IMG/VR virus record: IMGVR_UViG_3300037310_000255
Span: 1-39,355 of that record
From: a virus
Taxonomy: Duplodnaviria; Caudoviricetes
DNA: 39,355 nucleotides
Direction: 5' to 3' (one strand)
How positions within the stretch are numbered: position 1 is the first letter of the stretch; the number at the start of each line of letters is the position of its first letter. Of this stretch, positions 33,505 to 39,355 are shown in pieces. The notes beneath the pieces were generated by a model. The model was given only the letters and a program-made list of their open reading frames with translations, searched no databases and was not told the DNA's origin. A program made the translations under genes and the position numbers.

Positions 33505-34542
33505 ATGCCTCGCACTGACCAGCCCAGTGGCGTCCGCACGAAGGACGTCCCCCGGCCACCCGATAACTCGGTGGTGACGGACGAGCTCCAAGCGTCCGGG
33601 CAAGGTGAGGCCGCAGCCGGCAAGCCCGACAAGAAATCGGGCAAGCAAGCCGGTTCAAACGACGAGGACTCGGCCGCTCGTAACCCCAAAGAGGGGGATG
33701 ACCAGAACTCGCAGCAGCCACGGCGCGACCGGCACGCTGAAAAGCGCATCCGGAAGCTGAACCGACGACTCGCAGCGGAGCGGGATCGCAACACCGCGAA
33801 CGAAGGCCGGATCCAGAAGCTCGAGCAGGAGCTCGGTGAGCTCAAGAAGGCCCGCCCCGCCAACGCGGAGCCGGAGCCGCAGCTCAAAGACTTCAAATCC
33901 CCGCAGGAGTACGCGAAGGCATACGCGAAGTGGGAAGGCGCACGCGCCGATGACAAGTCGGGCAAGCGTGACGACGACACCCGCGAGCGAAAGCCACCCG
34001 CCAAGCGGAACGACCCCCCCGCCCGTGAAGAAGTCGCCGATCAGGAGGACGTGAAAGCGTTCGCCCAACGCGGCAAGAAGAAGCTCGGCGACGAGTTTCT
34101 CGAGGCCATGGAATCCGCGTCAGCCAAAGAGTTCGCAGTCAGCAGAGTGATGGGCGACTTCATCCTCGAGCACGAGCTCGGCCCCGAGATCTTCGTCTAC
34201 CTCGCCGACAACCCTGAGCTCTCGCGTCGGATCTACGACAAGAGCGAAACGTTTGCGGTGAAGGAGTTGCGCAAGCTCGCGGCCAAGGCGAAGGCCGGAA
34301 CGCTGGCCGACAGCGATCCCGGCGATCACGCCGCGGACGACGAGGAGAGCGACGACGACGAGCGCGACGAGTCGCGCGGCAAGGGCGACGAGCTCGAGCG
34401 CCGGCAGACGAAGGCGCCGAAACCCAAAGAAAGCGGGGACGACCGCGGCCAACCGAACGCCGTGGTCGACCTGGATGACCTGGACATGGATGCCTACGCC
34501 GAGCGACGCAGAAAGCAGGAGCAGGCGAGGCGACGGTTTTAA
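33505..34542 (+). CDS. capsid scaffolding protein
   Basis: AAGGAG SD; highly charged; KRIRKL, EP...DF....EY.KA...W, GPEI..YL..NPE, MDAYA..R; directly upstream of the coat gene. Confidence 0.85.
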   Translation: MPRTDQPSGVRTKDVPRPPDNSVVTDELQASGQGEAAAGKPDKKSGKQAGSNDEDSAARNPKEGDDQNSQQPRRDRHAEKRIRKLNRRLAAERDRNTANEGRIQKLEQELGELKKARPANAEPEPQLKDFKSPQEYAKAYAKWEGARADDKSGKRDDDTRERKPPAKRNDPPAREEVADQEDVKAFAQRGKKKLGDEFLEAMESASAKEFAVSRVMGDFILEHELGPEIFVYLADNPELSRRIYDKSETFAVKELRKLAAKAKAGTLADSDPGDHAADDEESDDDERDESRGKGDELERRQTKAPKPKESGDDRGQPNAVVDLDDLDMDAYAERRRKQEQARRRF

Positions 34543-34589
34543 CGCCGGGGCGCACCACGTGATGGCTGCCCCGTAACAGAGGGGCAGTC

Positions 34590-35816
34590 ATGGCTAACAA
34601 TTTGCTCACGCCGACGAAGATCGCCAAAGAGGCGCTCTTCCAGCTCGAAAACAACTGCGTCCTGGGCGCCAACGTCCACCGCCAGTACAAGAAAGAGTTC
34701 GTCAAGATCGGTGACTCGGTCACGATCCGACGGCCGGTCAAGTTCCTCGCGTCCGACGGCGCCACGCGCGTCACGCAGGACGTCACCGAGCTCAGCACGT
34801 CGATCACCATCAACAAGCGCAAGCACGTCTCGTGGAAGTTCTCCACGCAGGACCTGACGCTCACGATCGAGGAGTACTCCGAGCGCTACATCAAGCCCGC
34901 GATGATCGCGCTCGCCAACAAGGTCGACGAGGACGGTTGCGAGGTCGCGGCCAAGAACTTCTACTCCTCGAGCGGCACGCCGGGCACGACGCCGAACGCG
35001 TTCTCGTTCCTCTCGAGCGCCGCACAGAAGCTCGACGACGGTGCCGTGCCCGACGACGGCATGCGCCGGATCTTCTTCAACCCGGCCGCGCGCTGGGCGA
35101 TGGCCAACGGCATGGGCGGCACGGGCTCGGGCGGCGTCTTCAACGCCGACATCGTGCACGGCATGGTCCGCCGCGGCATGCTCGGCCAGATCGCGAACTT
35201 TGACATCTACGGCGATCAGAACGTCTATCGCTTGCAGACGGGCGTCCGCGGCGGCACGCCGCTGACGAACGGCGTCCCGGCCAACAACGCATCGACGCTC
35301 GTGATCGATGGCGCCACGGCCTCGGTGACGAACTGGGCGCGCGCGGGCGACGTGTTCACGATCGCCGGCGTCAACGCCGTCAACCCGATCAGCAAGCAGG
35401 ACACGGGCGTGCTGCAGCAGTTCGTCGTGCTCGCGGCGGCGAACAGCGACGGCACCGGTAACGTGACGCTCTCGATCGCGCCGAACCTGATCAACGCGTC
35501 GGGCACGAACATCGGCGCGGCCTATCAGACGGTCTCGGCGCTGCCGGCGGACAACGCGGCGCTCACGTTCATCGGCACGGCCAACACGACGTACCCGCAG
35601 AACCTCGCGTTCCACGAGAACGCGCTGGCACTCGTGACGGTGCCGCTCGAGCTGCCGGACTCCGCGGCCTTCAAGGCGCGGGCCGACTGGCGTGGTTACT
35701 CGATCCGCGTCGTGAAGGACTACGACATCGATGCCGACGAGGAAATCATCCGGCTCGACATCATGTACGGCTGGAAAGCGATCTACCCGGATCTCGGTCA
35801 CCGCATCTGGGGCTGA
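34590..35816 (+). CDS. major capsid protein (P22 coat gp5 family)
   Basis: MANNLLTP..IAKEAL..LEN, KIGDSVTIRRP, IKPAMIALANKVD, GDVFTIAGV..VNP, NLAFH..A..L, RLDI.YG. Confidence 0.93.
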   Translation: MANNLLTPTKIAKEALFQLENNCVLGANVHRQYKKEFVKIGDSVTIRRPVKFLASDGATRVTQDVTELSTSITINKRKHVSWKFSTQDLTLTIEEYSERYIKPAMIALANKVDEDGCEVAAKNFYSSSGTPGTTPNAFSFLSSAAQKLDDGAVPDDGMRRIFFNPAARWAMANGMGGTGSGGVFNADIVHGMVRRGMLGQIANFDIYGDQNVYRLQTGVRGGTPLTNGVPANNASTLVIDGATASVTNWARAGDVFTIAGVNAVNPISKQDTGVLQQFVVLAAANSDGTGNVTLSIAPNLINASGTNIGAAYQTVSALPADNAALTFIGTANTTYPQNLAFHENALALVTVPLELPDSAAFKARADWRGYSIRVVKDYDIDADEEIIRLDIMYGWKAIYPDLGHRIWG

Positions 35817-35844
35817 CGCTGGCGAACAAGCTGCTCGATGTGTC

Positions 35845-35879
35845 CCGGCTCGCTCGCGGAGAGATCCCGGGCGAGCCGG
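35845..35879 (+). other. GC-rich hairpin after the capsid gene
   Basis: CCGGCTCGCTCG...CGGGCGAGCCGG inverted repeat, with no U-tail. Confidence 0.55.
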
Positions 35880-35905
35880 CGCTCGACACCAAACCAGGAG
35901 GGCTC

Positions 35906-36268
35906 ATGGAAATCGTCGAAGCCTTGCACACGCTCGATCCGAAACTCGCGACGCACTGGACGGGCGACGGCCTGCCGCGCGTCGACGTCGTCTCCGCGAT
36001 CGTCGGCCGCACGCTGACGCGATCGGACATCTCCGCAGAGGCGCCGGACTTCAAACGCGACACGCACCGCGCGCACCTCGAGGCGCAGCCGATCCCGGGC
36101 GAGCCGGCGCTCGAGGGCGAGCTCGTCGAGCGCTCGCCGTCATGGCTCTATCACTCCAAGTGCCCCACGGGGCGCGTCTTTGAGGGAGCCGCGATCGCGG
36201 CCGCCGTCAAAGATGGGTGGGTGGACTCTCCGGCCAAGCTGCCGAAGGGCGCCACTCTCAACCAGTAG
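35906..36268 (+). CDS. small capsid-associated hypothetical protein
   Basis: AGGAGG SD; LDP....HWT.DGLPR...V......TR.DI...AP.F.R and GWVDSPA motifs. Confidence 0.7.
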   Translation: MEIVEALHTLDPKLATHWTGDGLPRVDVVSAIVGRTLTRSDISAEAPDFKRDTHRAHLEAQPIPGEPALEGELVERSPSWLYHSKCPTGRVFEGAAIAAAVKDGWVDSPAKLPKGATLNQ

Positions 36269-36277
36269 GCCGGCGCC

Positions 36278-37381
36278 GTGCCTGTCGACACGGCACAGTC
36301 GCTCATCGAGCGGAGCCTCCGCCTCATCAACGTGCCCGGCCGTGGCGCGGTGCTCTCGCCCGACGATCTCTCCGACGCCTTCGAGACGCTGCAGGACCTC
36401 CTCGCGAGTACTGCGGTCAGCAAGCAATTCCAGCCGGGGATCGTTCGGCACTTCTTCACGCTCGACGGCCGCAGTGTCTACTCGTACGGCCCGGGCGGAG
36501 ATCTCGACACCGATCCGTTCGAGGATCCGGTGCCGATCCGCGTCGAGTCGGCCCAGATCCGCGTCGGGCCGGCGATCCAGAGCAACGAGCACGTCGGCGA
36601 CTACGACTTCGGCGACGCGAGCTCGTGGACGCTCGGCGGGGATTTCTCGATCGCCAACGGCGTGGCGACGTCGACGGGCGTGGGCACGCTCGAGCAGGCG
36701 CTCGCGCTCGTCGCCGGCCGGACGTACGTCGTGCGCGTGTCGGCCGAGATCGAAGCGGGCGACGTCGTGCTGCGCGTCAATCAGAACGGCGCGCCAATCC
36801 TCGAGGTGACGCTCGACGCCTCGGGCGACTACGAGTACGAGATCGGCTTCGCCGGCGCGACGTCGGAAGTCGAGCTCCAAACCGACAACGCGGCCGACGA
36901 TCTCTCGATCGAGCAGGTGTCGATCCTCGAGCTCGGCCGCGAGCGGCTCGAGCTCACCGACACGGGCGAGGTCTATCCGGTCCGTGTGGTCGACCAGGCG
37001 GCCTATAACGCCCGTGGCACCCGGGGTGTCGGCGGCCGGCCCGATGCCTTGCTCTATTCGCTCGCGTATCCGCTGGCCCAGCTCAGGCTGAACTACGCCG
37101 GCTCCAGCGAGGTCCTCGAGCTCGACGTCACCGTCGACCGCACGCGCGTCACCGAGCTCGACGACACGCTGCGCATCCACGACCACGCGAAACGCTGGCT
37201 CAAGCTCGCGCTCGCCGACGAGCTCGCGCCGCACTTCGGCAAGCAGCTATCGCTGCGACAGCAGCAGCAGCTCGAGGAGGCGTACAGCGCCATGGCGAGC
37301 GGCAACCGCCGCATGAATCGCCTCCGCGTACCGCCCGGCCTTGGGCGACCGCGCCGCCGCTTCAACATCAACGAGGGCTGA
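36278..37381 (+). CDS. head-tail adaptor (P22 gp4-like) with an inserted beta-sandwich domain
   Basis: TAQSLIERSLRLI.V......LS.DD..DAFE.LQDLL and LKLALA.ELAP.FG; position after the coat gene. Confidence 0.7.
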   Translation: MPVDTAQSLIERSLRLINVPGRGAVLSPDDLSDAFETLQDLLASTAVSKQFQPGIVRHFFTLDGRSVYSYGPGGDLDTDPFEDPVPIRVESAQIRVGPAIQSNEHVGDYDFGDASSWTLGGDFSIANGVATSTGVGTLEQALALVAGRTYVVRVSAEIEAGDVVLRVNQNGAPILEVTLDASGDYEYEIGFAGATSEVELQTDNAADDLSIEQVSILELGRERLELTDTGEVYPVRVVDQAAYNARGTRGVGGRPDALLYSLAYPLAQLRLNYAGSSEVLELDVTVDRTRVTELDDTLRIHDHAKRWLKLALADELAPHFGKQLSLRQQQQLEEAYSAMASGNRRMNRLRVPPGLGRPRRRFNINEG

Positions 37382-37384
37382 CGC

Positions 37385-38899
37385 ATGGCGCTTAGGCAGA
37401 TCCTCGCGAAGCGGCAGATGGTTACGACGTCGCGCGGTCAGCCGCTCGCCGCGGGTTTCGTCTACCTCTACGAGCCGAACACCCAGTCGCTGATCAGCGT
37501 GTACGGCGACTCCGGGCTGAGCCAGCAGCTCTCGAACCCGGTGCGACTCTCAGGCAGCGGCCGCGCCGAGATCTGGGTCTCGCGCGACTGCGACGTCCGG
37601 ATCACGGACCGCAACGGCAATCTGATCGTCGAGGAGCTCAACGCCAACCCCGACGAGCTCGGCGCCGAGGATTCGGGCGGCCTGGTGCCCAATGGCTCCT
37701 TCGAGACGGACACGAACGCCGACGGCGTGCCTGACGGCTGGACTCGCACCAACTACACCGGCTCGACGAACGCGATCGACACGAGCGAGAGCACGGACGG
37801 TGATCAGTGCTTCCGCTTCGCGAGCGCCGGCGCCAACGGCGGCGGCGAACTCGAGACGACGGACTTCTTCCCGGTCAACGGCACGGACGACCTGCGCGTG
37901 AAGTTCGACCTCCGCTCGACCGTGACGAACGTCCGCAACATCGTCAGCGTCCGCTGGTACGACATTTCGCAGGCGTTCATCAGCGCCTCGAGCGTCTACG
38001 ACTCGACGTCGAACCCGACGACCTTCGCCACACAGAGCGTGTTCGGCACGCCGCCCGGCACCGCGCGGTTCGCGAAGATCCGGATCATCGGCTGCGACCC
38101 GTCGACGGGCCTTGCGGGTTCTACGTACGTCGATCGCGTCGAGGTGTTCTATCCGGCCGTGGTGTCCGGGATCTTCGGCAACCTCGAGATCCTCGACAAC
38201 CAGATCCGCTCGAACAACGTCGACGGCAACATCGACCTCAATCCGAACGGCGTGGGCCTCGTGCGCCGGGCCGGCAACACGGTCGTCGACGCTGGAAACA
38301 TGGGGACGGTCGTCGCGATCGCCACGAGCCAGGTGACGAGCGGCACCTTTGCCAACGCGCGCATCGCCGCGAGCAACGTGACGCAGCACCAGGCGGCGCT
38401 GTCGCTCGATGCGAGCCAGCTCACCGCCGGCACGCTGGCGAACGGACGCGTCGCGGCGGGCAACGTGACGCAGCACCAGGCGGCGCTCGCGATCGGCTGG
38501 GCCCAGCTCACGGGCGTACCCGGCGCCTTCCCGCCGTTAGCGCATAGCCACCCGACGAGCGACATTACGAGCGGCACGTTCGCCGATGCGCGCATCGCCG
38601 CGAGCAACGTCACGCAGCATCAGGGGGCGCTCGGCGCCGAGAACTCGGCGGTCTCGACAATCGCCAGACGGGACGGCAGTGGCGATATCAACGTCCGTCT
38701 CGTGAGGTCGGAGTACGCCAACGACGACGCCTCCGCTGTTTCGGGTGTCGTCTTCAGGGTGAACAACACGACGGACAACTACCTGCGAACGTGCACCTTG
38801 ACGCGCTTGAAGCGCCAGGTCGTCCTGAATTGCACGATCCAAAGTGATCCGGGCGGCACGCCGTCGGGCTCGCCCGGCGACGTGTTTTTCTACTACTGA
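37385..38899 (+). CDS. tail fibre / tailspike-like protein
   Basis: Head-binding-type N-terminus GQPLA.G.VY.YEP.T...NPV.L..SGRA.IW; CBM-like LVPNGSFE.D...DGVPDGW; three internal repeats. Confidence 0.8.
   Translation: MALRQILAKRQMVTTSRGQPLAAGFVYLYEPNTQSLISVYGDSGLSQQLSNPVRLSGSGRAEIWVSRDCDVRITDRNGNLIVEELNANPDELGAEDSGGLVPNGSFETDTNADGVPDGWTRTNYTGSTNAIDTSESTDGDQCFRFASAGANGGGELETTDFFPVNGTDDLRVKFDLRSTVTNVRNIVSVRWYDISQAFISASSVYDSTSNPTTFATQSVFGTPPGTARFAKIRIIGCDPSTGLAGSTYVDRVEVFYPAVVSGIFGNLEILDNQIRSNNVDGNIDLNPNGVGLVRRAGNTVVDAGNMGTVVAIATSQVTSGTFANARIAASNVTQHQAALSLDASQLTAGTLANGRVAAGNVTQHQAALAIGWAQLTGVPGAFPPLAHSHPTSDITSGTFADARIAASNVTQHQGALGAENSAVSTIARRDGSGDINVRLVRSEYANDDASAVSGVVFRVNNTTDNYLRTCTLTRLKRQVVLNCTIQSDPGGTPSGSPGDVFFYY
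38327..38632 (+). repeat. three intragenic repeats in the tail fibre
   Basis: S[QD]xT[SA]GT[FL]A[ND][AG]R[IV]AA[SG]NVTQHQ[AG]AL, three copies. Confidence 0.85.
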
Positions 38900-39355
38900 T
38901 GGCGGCGCGCACCTTCGTGGTCGACGCAGGCGGGGTGTCGCGGCTCTGGAAGGCGGCGCGCGCGTTCGTCGTCGATGCCGGCGGAGTGACGCGGGCCCTA
39001 CAGCGAGCCTTTGTTGTCGACGCTGGCGGCGTCGCACGCCAGATCTATCAGGCCGCGACGTACTCGCTGCCGACGGGCGCTAGCGATGCCGGGACGTTCG
39101 GCGTCAACACGGTGCAGGCTCAGATCCAATTCAACAGCGCCGGTACTTGGCAGCAAGGCAACGACGATGCGCCGGCGGGACAGGGCACGGGGAATTGGGT
39201 CACGCCGACGTCGCTGGCGCCCGGGGCGTACACGATCAGGGCGAGCGTAGCGAGCAGCGACGGCGGCACGCTCGGTGGCGCCGTCGATACCGACCTCGCG
39301 CTGACCAGCAACAGGCTGTGGACCCTGGAAGCGCCGAGCGCCAACGCGTTCACGA
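38899..39355 (+). CDS. tail-associated protein, 5' part; continues to position 200 across the circular junction
   Basis: TGATG coupling to the fibre gene; three R[TA]FVVDAGGV repeats, then a beta-rich domain. Confidence 0.8.
   Translation, partial: MAARTFVVDAGGVSRLWKAARAFVVDAGGVTRALQRAFVVDAGGVARQIYQAATYSLPTGASDAGTFGVNTVQAQIQFNSAGTWQQGNDDAPAGQGTGNWVTPTSLAPGAYTIRASVASSDGGTLGGAVDTDLALTSNRLWTLEAPSANAFT
39257..39355. repeat. 99-bp terminal direct repeat, right copy
   Basis: Identical to 16-114. Confidence 0.95.

Noticed and set aside
37385-39355. Diversity-generating retroelement acting on the tail fibre
   Set aside because: There is no reverse transcriptase and no TR/VR pair differing at adenines; the repeats are ordinary protein repeats.

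Overview
The window is an apparently complete, circularly permuted, GC-rich tailed-phage genome of about 39,241 bp. Bases 16-114 are repeated exactly at 39257-39355, and a tail gene runs across the join. The virion module is P22-like (podovirus): TerS, TerL, portal, scaffold, P22-type coat, gp4-like adaptor, tail fibre, gp10-like stabilisation protein, and three ejection proteins, the largest a 1709-aa LPD38-type polyvalent protein. It also encodes two endolysins, two HNH endonucleases, a Rad52/Sak-like annealing protein, a VRR-NUC nuclease, an ASCH protein and many small early genes. I recognise no integrase, DNA polymerase, helicase, primase or replication initiator. The main observations are: (1) the large terminase is split into ATPase and nuclease halves separated by about 1.47 kb holding five unrelated ORFs, with in-frame rejoining signals at both junctions; (2) an oriC-like cluster of about nine DnaA boxes lies beside a 17-bp tandem repeat; (3) the giant ejection protein carries a degenerate GGDEF-like domain and an HExxH motif; (4) a stand-alone JAB/MPN protein follows the tail genes; (5) several intergenic segments look like structured RNA, and one occludes the ribosome-binding site of the first ejection gene. 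All family assignments come from motif recognition by eye, not from database searches.
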